From the NCBI GenBank assembly GCA_951406725.2, contig OX597815.1:6324001-6388000 (forward strand): a stretch of 64,000 nucleotides of DNA. The letters run 5' to 3'. Under the pieces are notes generated by a model. The model did no database searches. It saw only the letters and a program-made list of their open reading frames with translations, and had not been told where the DNA came from. This DNA is from Octopus vulgaris. Its lineage: Eukaryota. A program made the translations under genes and the position numbers. Each line of letters starts with the position of its first letter. The first letter of the stretch is position 1. Below, piece by piece: positions 25,336-38,414 of this stretch.

Positions 25336-25734
25336 GAAAATTACTAATTCTTAATTCCACAACGTGAGATATTCGGCAGCAGTACTTTGTAGTAAAGATT
25401 ATTTGCCAACATAACATGGTAGTCCTGGTTTAGGACAAATGTTGCTGTAATTTAGCCCCAGGAGACATCATCTCCAGCTGGCTATATGACACAATCTGTG
25501 TCCTTATATTTTCAAACAAGGGAATCTAGCACCCCCATTCAGCTCAAAACAATATCTGTGTATCACGATTTCTGGGTTATTTTCCTTCATCAGCACGGAA
25601 TAATTGTTCGGCTAGAGGTGGCGCTGCCAAATTCCCTGAACCAGGACTGCCGTGTTATGTTGGCAAACAATCTTTACTCCAAGATACTGTTGCTGAATAT
25701 CTCTCGTTGTGAGATTTTAAAAATAGTAATTTTC
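25336..25734. repeat. Fold-back element, ~100-bp arms with an internal hammerhead
   Basis: CACAACGTGAGATATTCGGCAGCAGTA...GTCCTGGTT pairs with AACCAGGAC...TACTGTTGCTGAATATCTCTCGTTGTG. Confidence 0.85.
25556..25598 (-). ncRNA. Minimal type-I hammerhead ribozyme (slightly decayed)
   Basis: Minus strand ccgtg-CTGATGA-aGGaaaataaCCca-GAAA-TCGTGA-TA-cacag; near-palindromic stem III ATCGTGAT. Confidence 0.6.
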
Positions 25735-27017
25735 TAATTTACAGATCAGTGACTAGTTGTCACTTTGAAAACTATATATTTCGAACGGGAATTTGGCAGC
25801 GTAAGGATACAGATCGTGTCATGTAGCCAGCTGAAATTAGGCGGGCCATTCAGAAAGCATCGTGGGCCGCAGTTTGCTCATGACTGATTTATGTGGAGCT
25901 ATAACTCATAAAGTTGTAGTCGTACACACACACACACACATGATTAAGATGCAGTGATTTTGCTGAAATGTAAAAAATCCTTAAAACTCGTTCAATTAAG
26001 TCCGTTTTCTTCTCACAATAACGAAGCATTTGAAGCGTTACGAATTATTAAACAACGGCGTTCAAGTGACATCGGAGTTAATAATGAAGGCGGAAATGCT
26101 TGACGGAACCTTTTCAATGTGTGTCTGTGTCTTTAGAATTAAACAAGGAAGCTATGTTAATGTTGCGTTGAGTGACTAACAATGATCAGCTAGGCACCAA
26201 CCGTATCAAACATTACCAATCCTCGATGGCCACCTCATCGAGTCTTCTCTTCCTAAAAATCAACCGTTGACCAAATTATGTGAAATACTAAAAGTGTTAC
26301 TCACATCACTTATCAACTTTATCAGGGAGTTTCGTGACTCCTGTCAGATTCACGAAGGGCTTTATACATCGTCCTTCAACTGAGTCGTACGAGCTAGTAG
26401 ATATAGCAGCTAAATCTCCCTCGAATCACACCCTACCATCTTATGTATATTGAGTGTGTTACCCGTCATATAACGATGGAAAACTTTGGAAGAATACTTT
26501 TGCCACTTTGATTGATATCAGGAAATATGGCAGCTATTATTATAATGATTATAATTTAACCTTTGTCTAATCACTTGGTGTTTAAACAAAAAATGGTGAA
26601 ATAATTAATACTAATTTTCAAAAGGAAAACATTTATTACTTCAAAGTAAAACAAATTTTAACTGCTAAATTATGGGGACATAAACAAACCAACCCAGGTT
26701 TTCAAGGGATAGAGTGGGTACAAATACAAACATCCACACGTATGCGATGGACTTCCATGCAGTTTCCGTCTGCCATATTCACTCACAACCTGAGGCTTTC
26801 AGTGAGATTGAACCTGAAACAATGTGGTTGGAAAGCGAGCTGCTTAACCACAACCTCACATGCACAGATTATATTTTGAGGAAGATTGGCAGCAGATGTC
26901 CATCGCTACAAGACTCTCCACTCCATACCACAACCTCTGGACCCCTTTGATTGCAGTTTTACTCTGGAGGACCCCCCCCTGTAGCCATTCGTGGTTTAAA
27001 AACTAGTTTTATAGATA

Positions 27018-27500
27018 CATCATCATCATCATCGTTTAACGTCCGCTTTCCATGCTGGCATGGGTTGGACGGTTCGACCGGGGTCTGGGAAGCCAGGATG
27101 TTGCACCAAGCTCCAGTCTGATCTGGCAGTGTTTCTACAGCTGGATGCCCATCCTAACACCAACCACCCCATGAGTGTAGTGGGTGCTTTTTACGTGCCA
27201 CTGGCACAGAGGCCAGAGGGGTTGGTGCTTTTTACGTGCTACCGGCACGGAGGCCAGTCGGAGTGGCGCTGGCTACGGCCACGTTCCGATGGTTCTCTTA
27301 CGTGCCACTGGCACTGGTATCACAACTACAATTTCCATTGATTTTTGATCGATTTCGATTTCACTTGCCTCAACAGGTCTTCGCAAGCAGAATTTTGTGT
27401 CCCAAAAAGGAAAGGTATGCATAAGTGGACTGGCTACATCCCAGGTAAAGGCCACAAGGTTATCGTCTCACTTGTCCTGCCAGGTTTTCTCACGCACAGC
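27018..27500 (-). mobile_element. Family-E element, longer copy
   Basis: Same 3' end; its extension is shared with 58675-59180. Confidence 0.75.
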
Positions 27501-27949
27501 ATATTTCCATACCTCTTTCGAAATTGCTATTCTCTTGTTCCCCAGCATAGATTTGCAACAGCATTCTCTGAGAGAATATTTCCGTAGCTGGAAGCGTGTC
27601 GAACTATGTAAAACATCAGAGAAAGAAATTTCGTTGCTTCTTGCAATTAATACATCGAAAGCAATTTGTTTTCATGGACCCTTAAAATACAGTAATCCCT
27701 TGCCATATCACGGTTCACTTTCGCAGTTCACCTGTCACGGTTCACCTGTCGCGGTTCACCTATCGCGGTTTATTATTTGAGTTCCTCCATGTTGTTGTTC
27801 ATAAAGCTGAAGTTGTCTGTGTGTGGCAGGTTTGGTAGCCTTCAACTAACACTATCTCCTCCGTGACCCTGAGGTGCAAGTTGACCAAAATTGAGAGTAT
27901 GATAGAAGAAGGCTTGCTCTTCCTTCCGTAGAAGAAAAAATTCAAATCG

Positions 27950-28189
27950 GACCATGTTAACACCAAAAATTATTTACACAAAAAAGGTGCTTTTTTTCTA
28001 TGAAAATCCCTATTTTTTACGATTTTTTTTACTGCTGTGTCGCCATTTTTCGGTGTATTTCAACCAGAAAAATGTTCACTTAAAGAGAATAACAAGCTAC
28101 ATAATAAATAACAAGCTACATTACTTTTCAAAAATTCCAATTCTAAACGGTCGAAACAAACCCGAGCAACGCCGGGCGATACTGCTAGT
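27950..28189 (-). mobile_element. Helitron/Helentron-like non-autonomous end (also at 41793-41930, plus)
   Basis: Terminus ACTAGC(A/G)GT(T)ATCGCCCGGCGTTGCTCGGGTTTG occurs twice in the window; the class assignment rests on resemblance only. Confidence 0.45.
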
Positions 28190-28202
28190 AATAAAATAAA
28201 TA

Positions 28203-28675
<473 letters not shown>

Positions 28676-29124
28676 GAGTATATTGACTCCATTTCAGTAC
28701 TCAACTGCTAAGTTATTATTTTTATCGATGTCGGCAGGATGAGAGGCAAAGCTGACCTCCATGAACAGATGTCACTACATCACAGTGTACATAAGTGTGT
28801 GGGCGAGGGTTTTAAAAAATGAAGTTGACTTAGTAACCATGCAACTGTAAATGTGTCTCCTGCATAAAACTATTTCATCAAACTTAGAAACCCCCAAATC
28901 CAAAATACTGTAACCCCTCGACTATCATGGGTGTTACATTCGAAAAAACCCTGCGATATAAGTGAAAATCCACGAACTAGAAACAGTACTGCCCTGTATA
29001 TTTTTTTATAGTATTTTTATAATTTGTATATATTTATTTTATTATAAATGCAAAACAGTGGCACAGAGGAATTGACGTAAGCTTAAATAATAAACCCAAA
29101 TAATAATATGGCGTGGGATTATTG

Positions 29125-29156
<32 letters not shown>

Positions 29157-29536
29157 GTTTAATCTCCGTTTTCTATGCTAGCATGGGTTGGACAGTTTGA
29201 CTGAGGATTGGCAAGCCAGAAGGCCTGCACAAGGCTCCAATCTGATCTGGCAAAGTTTCTACAGCTGGATGCCCTTCCTAACATCAACTACTCTGCGAGT
29301 GTAGTGGGTGCTTTTTACATGCTACCATTGCCAGTACTGCCTGACTGGCCCCTGTGCCGGTGGCACATGAAAGCATCCACTACATTCGTGGAGTGGTTGG
29401 CATTAGGAAGGGCATCCAGCTGTAGAAACTTTGCCAGATCAAGATTGAGCCTGGTGCAGCCATCTGGTTCGCCAAATCGTCCAACCAATGCCAGCATGGA
29501 AAGCGGACATTAAACGATGATGATGATGATGATGAT

Positions 29537-30656
<1,120 letters not shown>

Positions 30657-30916
30657 ATCGCCATATTAATATGGCAGTCTTATAGATATAATTTCCAGTA
30701 ACGCTGCCGTAATCTCTTTTAGAGAGACTTAGTAATTTTAATATTTCTATTATATATATATATATACATATATATATACATATATAGGAGTGGCTGTGTG
30801 GTAAGTAGCTTGTCTACCAACTGCATGGTTCCGGGTTCAGTCCCACTGCGTGGCACCTTGGGTAAGTGTCTTCTACTATAGCCTCGGGCCGACCAAAGCC
30901 TTGTGAGTGGATTTAA

Positions 30917-30967
<51 letters not shown>

Positions 30968-31016
30968 TGTGTACAGTGCTCAGGTGCACTACAACTCATC
31001 TAAAGTGTATATATAA

Positions 31017-33782
31017 TCAGGTGAAGTTTCGGCGGATTTCGGAAAGCATGAGGGCCTTAAAAGATGCAGTGTCATGGCAGTCAACAACTGACGCAGGCAG
31101 TTTATTCCATGCTTCAGCAACTCTGAGCGTGAAAAAATGTTTCCGAAAGTCATGGGAGCTGTATTGTTTTCTGACTTTGTAGGCATGTCCACGTGTGTTA
31201 GACACATGGAGATCAAAAAGGTGTTCAGTGTTGTTGTTGGTGAGGTGGTTGATAACTTTGTGGGTGTTTACCAAGTCCGTCGCCAAACGCCGGAGCTTCA
31301 GTGAATCCATGCCCAGGGAAACAAGGCGCTCAGAATATGGTAGGTGTCTGATGGAGGGTATGCGTTTGGTTGCACGTCTCTGGACAGATTCCAGGAGGTC
31401 AATGTTCTGTGCAAGATAGGGGTTCCAAACTGATGATGCGAATTCCAAGTGTGGTCGTACCATAGCTGTATACAGTTTTAAATAGATGGCTGGAGAGCGG
31501 CTAACAAAAGACCTGCTGAGTGATGCCAAGACACCCTCGGCCTTCCTGACAATCTTAGAGATATGCTTTGACCAACGCAAATCACTGCTGACAGTGATGC
31601 CTAGGTCACGCTCGCAAGAGGATTTCTTGATATCAGTGTTGTGGAGGGAGTATGTGAACGCAGGGTTTTTTCTCCCAAAATGCATGGTGGTACACTTGTC
31701 CACAGCCAGTTTCAGTTGCCAGTCTGTGATCCATTGCTGCATTGTGTCTAGGTCTGATTGCAGGAAAGAGTTGTAGACATCAGGATCTGTCCTCTTGATT
31801 TCAAGGTACAGCTTGATGTCGTCTGCATATTTCAATACTGTGGCATTCTTTAAATTGGCATCTATGTCGTTAATGTATGCCACAAACAAGAGGGGGCCAA
31901 GGACAGATCCCTGTGGTACACCCGATGACATCTCATATGGTGTAGAGTGCTGTCCTAGAACTGTGACTACCTCCTTTCGGCTGAGGATGAAGGATTTCAA
32001 CCAGTTAAAAAGGTCATCCCCCACACCCATTGCAGAGAGTTTCACCATAAGCCTTTTGTGTGGCACAGAGTTGAAAGCCTTAGCAAAGTCAAGGTAGACA
32101 ACATCCACCCATGAGCCACTGTCAGTAATCTGAGTAATGTCCTCAAGGAACTCGACAAGCTGGTCACTGCAGCTGGAGTTAGGGACAAATCCATATTGTG
32201 AGGGTCGGATGAGACTGTGAGAGCTCCAGAAGTTCCAGAGTGTTTCTCTGACACACGATTCCATCAGTTTTGCAATACAGCTAGTGAGACTGACTGGGCG
32301 ATAGTTGACAGGTGATGTGCGGTCGCCCTTTTTGAACAGAGGAATGACACTGGCAGTTTTCCACTGCTCCGGAGTAGCACCATTGTTGAGACAGTACTGG
32401 AAGAAAATAGAAAGCTGGTGTAAAAGGAAGTGCCTGCCACGTTTGAGAAGCAGGTATGTAACTCCATCGAGACCAGGGGAGGCATAGTTGCGCTTATTTT
32501 GAAGGTGACGTCGCAGCATTGCAGGTGTAAATTCCATAGTTGTTATGGAGTTTGCTGTTAGTGATGGTGAAGATGGTACATTTTGACTTTCAACAGTGAA
32601 TATGTTTGCATAGCACTCGGCAATGAGTTCTGCGCATTCTTTGGGGTCGTCAGTGATCTGGTTTGTGTGAGGGTTGCGAAGAGGGCCCACTGGAGAGTGA
32701 GGTCTCTGCTTTGAGTGCACATATTTCCAGAAAACCTTGCTGTCAGGATTGGCTGCTATGCACTGTTCAAATTCAAGCACTGCTTTTTTTGTCACTTGCT
32801 TGAGATGGTTGGAGGATTTATTCCGCTTCTTCCTGTTGGTGTCTGATTTATGCAACCTGTATTCCCGTTCAGCAGTCCGACGTTCCCTCCTGGCAAGTCG
32901 GACCGCTGAAGTTTCCCAAATTGCCCTTTTGGGGCGGTTCTTCTTTTTTTGTTTACGTGGCACTGATGCTGCACATGCTGCCCATATTGAGTCCAGGATA
33001 CTCTGGAGTATAGTATTCACATCTCCAGAGTTGTAGAATTCACGCCAGTTTGGGTGCTGTAGTTCAGTGTGGTACAGGTTCCAATCTGCTCTCTTCCAAT
33101 CGAAGGAAGCAGATTGGAGATGGTTCAGGTTTTTGTTGCCCGCAAGAGCCAGATTGGCGATGATCATAGCATGATCAGAGTCACCTAGAGGTTCCTCCGT
33201 AGTGCAATTGATAACCGCTTCAGGAGTTGTGGTGAAGAGCAGGTCCAAGGTGTTGTCGCCTCTTGTTGGAGAGGTGACTACTTGTGACCAGTTTGAGTCC
33301 AGCACAAGCTCAACAAAATCGTTTGCACTCTGTGGCCAATGGAAGGTCTCCCAATCGATCTCAGGATGATTGAAATCGCCTGCAATAAACACATAAGTGG
33401 CTGTTTTCCTGGCAGCAGCTCGGAGGACATTGCAAAGCTGTGTGTCCCGATGGTAACTTGGGGGACGATAAACAACGCCAAGCAGGAGTGTTGACATGGT
33501 CATACGCACGTCACAGAAAAAAACTTCTTCTTGTGATTCGTTCAAATCGGCACAAGGAATTACCAAAAAATTTGAACGAACGTAGACCATCACACCACCA
33601 CCACGGCGGTTAGTGCGGTCCTTACGGAAGAGGTTGTACCCCGTAATGTTGAAAACCCCATCACAGAGTAAGGAATGCGCCCATGTTTCCGTGACAGTGA
33701 TGAAGTCAGGGTCAACACTTCTGACGTAGGCGTTGAACAAATGTATTTTGTTGCATAAACTGCGAGCATTTAAGGACAACAA
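31017..33782 (-). CDS. LINE ORF2: apurinic-like endonuclease + reverse transcriptase (921 aa, uninterrupted)
   Basis: APE motifs NARS, VTETW, GDFN, TR..NTLDL, SDH. RT motifs NYRPVSLTS, QYGF, YLDFAKAF, GVPQGSVLGPLLF, YADD. CR1-like C-terminus TRGH..K...R..FF..RV...WN.LP. The called start is TTG, not ATG. Confidence 0.95.
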   Translation of the reverse strand: MLSLNARSLCNKIHLFNAYVRSVDPDFITVTETWAHSLLCDGVFNITGYNLFRKDRTNRRGGGVMVYVRSNFLVIPCADLNESQEEVFFCDVRMTMSTLLLGVVYRPPSYHRDTQLCNVLRAAARKTATYVFIAGDFNHPEIDWETFHWPQSANDFVELVLDSNWSQVVTSPTRGDNTLDLLFTTTPEAVINCTTEEPLGDSDHAMIIANLALAGNKNLNHLQSASFDWKRADWNLYHTELQHPNWREFYNSGDVNTILQSILDSIWAACAASVPRKQKKKNRPKRAIWETSAVRLARRERRTAEREYRLHKSDTNRKKRNKSSNHLKQVTKKAVLEFEQCIAANPDSKVFWKYVHSKQRPHSPVGPLRNPHTNQITDDPKECAELIAECYANIFTVESQNVPSSPSLTANSITTMEFTPAMLRRHLQNKRNYASPGLDGVTYLLLKRGRHFLLHQLSIFFQYCLNNGATPEQWKTASVIPLFKKGDRTSPVNYRPVSLTSCIAKLMESCVRETLWNFWSSHSLIRPSQYGFVPNSSCSDQLVEFLEDITQITDSGSWVDVVYLDFAKAFNSVPHKRLMVKLSAMGVGDDLFNWLKSFILSRKEVVTVLGQHSTPYEMSSGVPQGSVLGPLLFVAYINDIDANLKNATVLKYADDIKLYLEIKRTDPDVYNSFLQSDLDTMQQWITDWQLKLAVDKCTTMHFGRKNPAFTYSLHNTDIKKSSCERDLGITVSSDLRWSKHISKIVRKAEGVLASLSRSFVSRSPAIYLKLYTAMVRPHLEFASSVWNPYLAQNIDLLESVQRRATKRIPSIRHLPYSERLVSLGMDSLKLRRLATDLVNTHKVINHLTNNNTEHLFDLHVSNTRGHAYKVRKQYSSHDFRKHFFTLRVAEAWNKLPASVVDCHDTASFKALMLSEIRRNFT

Positions 33783-33838
33783 TTTGTACCCTGCTCGCAG
33801 TTTATGATGGTGTGTAGAGGATGGCAGGTTGTTCTGGC

Positions 33839-34249
33839 TTAGTTTCCCTGAGTTGCTGTAGTTTTTTTAGTTATTGTGGGTAGAGAGCACTCAGACCAGC
33901 TGGTATCTCTCTTCCACGTTTCAGCAGTCTTGACAAATCTCCAGATTTGTCCATCTTCCCGAAGACTGAAGCTTTCCTGTAGAGCTGAGTTCCTATTCAG
34001 GGAAGCCACTACACGTAGCTTTGGGCGTACATCGGACGGTAAGCCTGGGCGTGTTCGGAAGGTGGTCCGATTTTCCCGCCCAGCTTTAACTGAGGCCAGA
34101 TGGTAAGAGGTTGCCTCAGTGGGGTCCGTAAAAGACAACTTGATGAGCCTAGGTTTTGGGCCAGGTCGTCCAAGGCGGATAGCACCCGTTGGGGGAACGC
34201 AGCCTAGGTCTTTGGCTGAGTTGGCAGCAAAAGCCTGAAGATCAGCCAT
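33839..34249 (-). CDS. LINE ORF1, C-terminal part (5'-truncated)
   Basis: RLGRPGPKPRLIKLSF matches the RLG....PRLIKV.F motif typical of CR1/L2 ORF1 proteins; ends QGN*. The ATG sits exactly at the truncation junction and is probably fortuitous. Confidence 0.7.
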   Translation of the reverse strand: MADLQAFAANSAKDLGCVPPTGAIRLGRPGPKPRLIKLSFTDPTEATSYHLASVKAGRENRTTFRTRPGLPSDVRPKLRVVASLNRNSALQESFSLREDGQIWRFVKTAETWKRDTSWSECSLPTITKKTTATQGN

Positions 34250-34875
34250 TGGTAGACGGAAACTGAAAGAAGCCCGTCGTATATATGTATATATATATAT
34301 ATATGCGTGTGTGTGTTTGTGTGTGTGTGTTTGTCCCCCTAGTATTGCTTGACAACCGATGCTGGTGTGTTTATGTCCCCGTCACCCAGCGGTTCGGCAA
34401 AAGAGACCGATAGAATAAGTACTGGGCTTACAAAAGAATAAGTACCAGTGTTGGGTTGCTCGATTAAAGGCGGTGCTCCAGCATGGCCGCAGTCAAATGA
34501 CTGAAACAAGTAAAAGAGTAAAAGAGATATACATATACATATACATATATATATATACACATACATATATATATACATATACATATATACATATACATAT
34601 ATATATACATATATACATATATACATATATATATATATATGTCACTGTTTTTACAACTGATTTTTACTATCCAAACAAATAAACAAAACTATTGTAATCA
34701 AATGATGATGATGATGATTACTTTATTAGCCACAAGGGTTTACATTGAGAAAAACATTATGGACAGTACAGGACAAAGCAAAGAATGCGTGTGTGAGTGT
34801 GTGTGTCTTGTTGCGAGCATTTTTGCATGTAAACAAAATGTTTCAAAATCAACAATGTGTGAGCCTCATTGTTGT

Positions 34876-34876
<1 letters not shown>

Positions 34877-34906
<30 letters not shown>

Positions 34907-34968
34907 CATGATGATGATGATGGTGGTGATGATGATGATGGTGGTGATGATGGTGATGGTGGTGATGA

Positions 34969-35000
<32 letters not shown>

Positions 35001-35034
35001 ATGATGATGGTGATGATGATGATGATGATGGTGG

Positions 35035-35066
<32 letters not shown>

Positions 35067-35091
35067 ATGATGATGATGGTGGTGGTGATGG

Positions 35092-35137
<46 letters not shown>

Positions 35138-35154
35138 GATGGTGGTGATGATGG

Positions 35155-35186
<32 letters not shown>

Positions 35187-35199
35187 ATGATGATGGTGA

Positions 35200-35261
<62 letters not shown>

Positions 35262-35274
35262 ATGATGATGGTGG

Positions 35275-35348
<74 letters not shown>

Positions 35349-35361
35349 ATGATGATGGTGG

Positions 35362-35423
<62 letters not shown>

Positions 35424-35440
35424 ATGATGATGGTGATGAT
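34877..35440. repeat. Compound (GAT)n/(GGT)n microsatellite
   Basis: Seen directly. Confidence 0.97.
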
Positions 35441-35718
35441 AAGGAAGTGCCAAAGATAGTCTCAACTGGCAACTGGTCGCAGGTATTGAGAAGAGCTTCG
35501 TCGCTGTGAATTTTCTTTGCCTTTCTCTCTTTTATTTTATTTGTTTACTTTCCTGTCTTTCTTCCCCTTTTTTCTCCGTCACATGACTTTGCAAATGAAC
35601 AATCCGGTGTGGTTATTTTAGTGGCCTACCAATTTATTATACAGTGCATTTCTCTGCCCTAGGCGTCAGGAGGACACTCGGCAAGAAATGGAAATAATTG
35701 AAAGAAGATGGTAATGAA
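35441..35718 (+). mobile_element. R4/Dong-like (RLE) retrotransposon 3' fragment 1
   Basis: KEVPKIVSTG...QVLRRASSL*, then a 3' UTR with CTGCCCTAGG, ending at an (AAT)n tract. Confidence 0.6.
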
Positions 35719-35767
<49 letters not shown>

Positions 35768-36060
35768 TTAGGAATGATAAAAAAAAGGTACTGAAACCTA
35801 TTTGAAAATGATACCAGGCTTGCCATCCCTACAGGAAGTGCAAAAAATTGTAATAACTGGAACGGCTCATGTACTGAGAAGAGCATTATTGCTGTGAAAA
35901 CAACATCCATTCATGAATTTATTTATTTATTAATTTTTAAATACATATTTTACCTGTGAATTTGTGTGTGTAATCTGGGAATGCATACAATGAGCTTCTC
36001 TGCCCTAGGTGTACGGAAAACACCCAGCGAGAAACGGAAGAAAATTTGAAGAAGGAAAAA
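35768..36060 (+). mobile_element. R4/Dong-like (RLE) retrotransposon 3' fragment 2
   Basis: LGMIKK/GTETYLKMIPGLPSLQEVQKIVITGTAHVLRRALLL* matches the R4/Dong C-terminal QK....GTA.ILR motif; flanked on both sides by (AAT)n. Confidence 0.7.
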
Positions 36061-36240
36061 ATTATAATAATAATAATAATAATAATAATGTGAAGGAGGA
36101 GGAAGATTGATGCAGTCTTCCTGATACAGAACTTCCAAAAAGGGCCAATAAAGGAACCTCATTCATTGATTCAGGGTTACCCTGACCATCAAAGACACAA
36201 GCCCTGCCCCAGCTGTTGCTTTCCAATCTATAGGTGCATG

Positions 36241-36805
36241 TTAGTTAGTTAATTTTTTGGCTCAAAAAGCAAAAAGCAAGGCCATGTAGGGGGACATGGA
36301 GTTATGTACAGGGTGGTGTTAATATAAAGAGTTCAGTCCCTTTCTGGTCAAGAGAGACTTTGAACCGAGCGGTCATCGGCATCTTCACCATCTCGTCTGG
36401 CAGCTTATTCCATGGATCTACAACCCGGACGGAGAAAGCCCCTCTCCTTCGATTGAGATGAAATCGTCGCAGGTAGAGCTTTTCGGAATGACCCCGCAGC
36501 CGACGCTCTGGAGCAGGATTGAATAACAGCTCTTTCGAGAGGTTACACTTTCCGCTTATGATGTTGTGAGCAAGAATGAGATCACCACGGCGGCGGCGTT
36601 TTTCTAGAGAATAAAGGTCGAGCGTCTTCAGCCTTTCTTCATAACACAAATTCTTGAGACCAAGAACCATGCGGGTAGCCAGCTTCTGGACTCTTTCGAG
36701 ATGCTGTATGTCTTTGAGGAGATAAGGAGAAGAGGCTTGAATCCCGTACTCCAATATGGGTCTCACCAGCATGTCATAGAGCGGTAGGAATATGGCTGCT
36801 GTAGG
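36241..36805 (-). mobile_element. 5'-truncated CR1-type LINE (RT C-terminal fragment), second family
   Basis: ORF 36302-36811 gives LVRPILEY..., LERVQKLATR, YEERLK.L.LYSLEKRRRRGDLI, LRGH, FSVRVVDPWNKLP; (TAAC)-like tail at 36241. Confidence 0.9.
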
Positions 36806-37353
36806 GGCCATTCATGTCAACTATTTTTGCCATAAACTCTCCCCTTTTAGCACATTCACTGAGGTAGCACCCCCACCTCTAGACTCAGTTTCCTTTCCAA
36901 GGGGAACTTAAAATGATCGTTAAGGGCTTTGCTGGAGAGGAAGGTGTCTTTCCTCAATCCTTCCAGCCTCGCCCACTACTCTAAACTTGTTTGCCATTGC
37001 TATGAAATAGAGGGACACTACCTACCCTGCCTTGTGAAAGGCGTGTGGAGTATGTTGTTATACACCGCTGGTTACAATGCGCTTTGCATTGTTTCAGCTT
37101 TTGAATGATGTCACCCCGCTGTCACCCTTATTAATATCTATATAGTGCCGGCAGCACGTAAAAAGCACCCACTACACTCACGGAGTGGTTGGCGTTAGGA
37201 AGAGCATCCAGCTGTAGAAACACTGCCAGATCAGACTGGAGCCTGGTGCAGCCTCCTGGCTTCCCAGATCCCGGTCAAACCGTCCAACCCATGCTAGCAT
37301 GGAAAAACGGATGTTAAATGATGATGATGATGATATATAGATAGATATTAATA

Positions 37354-37550
37354 AGGCTGAGAGTTGGCAGAAATATTAGTGGGATTTCATCTGCTGTTAC
37401 GTTCTGAGTTCAAATTCCGCCGAGGTCGACTTTGCCTTCCATCCTTTCAGGGTCAATAAATCAAGTACCAGTTGTGTACTGGGATCGATCTAATCAGCTG
37501 GGCCCCACCCACCCCCAAAATTTCAGGACTTGTGCCTAGAGTAGAAAAGA
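37354..37550 (+). mobile_element. Family-B SINE monomer with the alternative tail
   Basis: Tail AAAATTTCAGGACTTGTGCCTAGAGTAGAAAAGA resembles the end of the 22753-24052 copy. Confidence 0.75.
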
Positions 37551-37727
37551 TTCGTTGCTGCATATTTGTACATTTACTATCCAATACAACCACCTACTTA
37601 TTACCCCTCCCCCAACCACCCACACCCCTCTGTTTTTCAGTAATAAAAGTTCTTTGGAATATTATATTGAAACAACGAACTTTGTTACGGGAGCGAAACC
37701 AGAGAAGCTTATTATTATTTATTTATT

Positions 37728-37789
<62 letters not shown>

Positions 37790-38270
37790 TACTATTATTA
37801 TTATTATTACTATTATTATTATTACTATTATTATTAATTTTATTATTATTATTATTATTATTACCACCACCACCACCACCACTACTACTACTACTATTAC
37901 TACTACTACTACTACTACTACTTTTATGATGTCTTTAATGACCGTTTGCCCTAACCAGTAATTAGACGTTTTCTGCTAATTCAATGTGGTTTCACTAAAA
38001 CGAGATGTGTAATTAATTGTTCCAGTAATTGGTAACATTTAATTAACAACAACAGCAACAACAACAACAGCTCTTTCACAAAAATTACTACAAACTCTAA
38101 ACTGTGGACGTTGCCCTCCTTGTTTCATTGTTTAAATGTCACACACCGCAGAACACAGGGCTTTCATTATGCTGTTATGTAACAGTTTCAAGTTTTGGCA
38201 CAAGGCCAGCAATTTCAGGGGAAGGGTGAATCGGTTACATTACTCCAGTATTCGACTGGTACTTATTTTT

Positions 38271-38412
38271 CAATTCTGTATTTGAGAGATGAGGAATTAT
38301 GTACATTATTTACATTATGTAGATTATTCATATGTCCACAGGCATATGGCGTAGTGGTTAAGAGCATGGGTCACTAACCCCAAGATTCCGAGTTCGATTC
38401 CAGGCAGTGACC
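38271..38412. mobile_element. Fragment of the same family (inverted tail + head)
   Basis: GAGATGAGGAATTATGTACATTATTTACATT tail, then a GGCATATGGCGTAGTGGTTAAGAGC...CAGTGACC head. Confidence 0.7.
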
Positions 38413-38414
38413 TC

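Larger units (their letters stand above)
30915..34250 (-). mobile_element. CR1-clade LINE, 5'-truncated inside ORF1, (TTA)n 3' tail, inserted into a family-A SINE
   Basis: Contains ORF2 (APE+RT) and an ORF1 remnant, with a (TTA)n tail at ~30915-30967. The host SINE reads ...GTGAGTGGATTT (30914) and resumes GGTAGACGGAAACTG at 34251; these are contiguous in intact copies such as 40207-40233. Confidence 0.93.
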
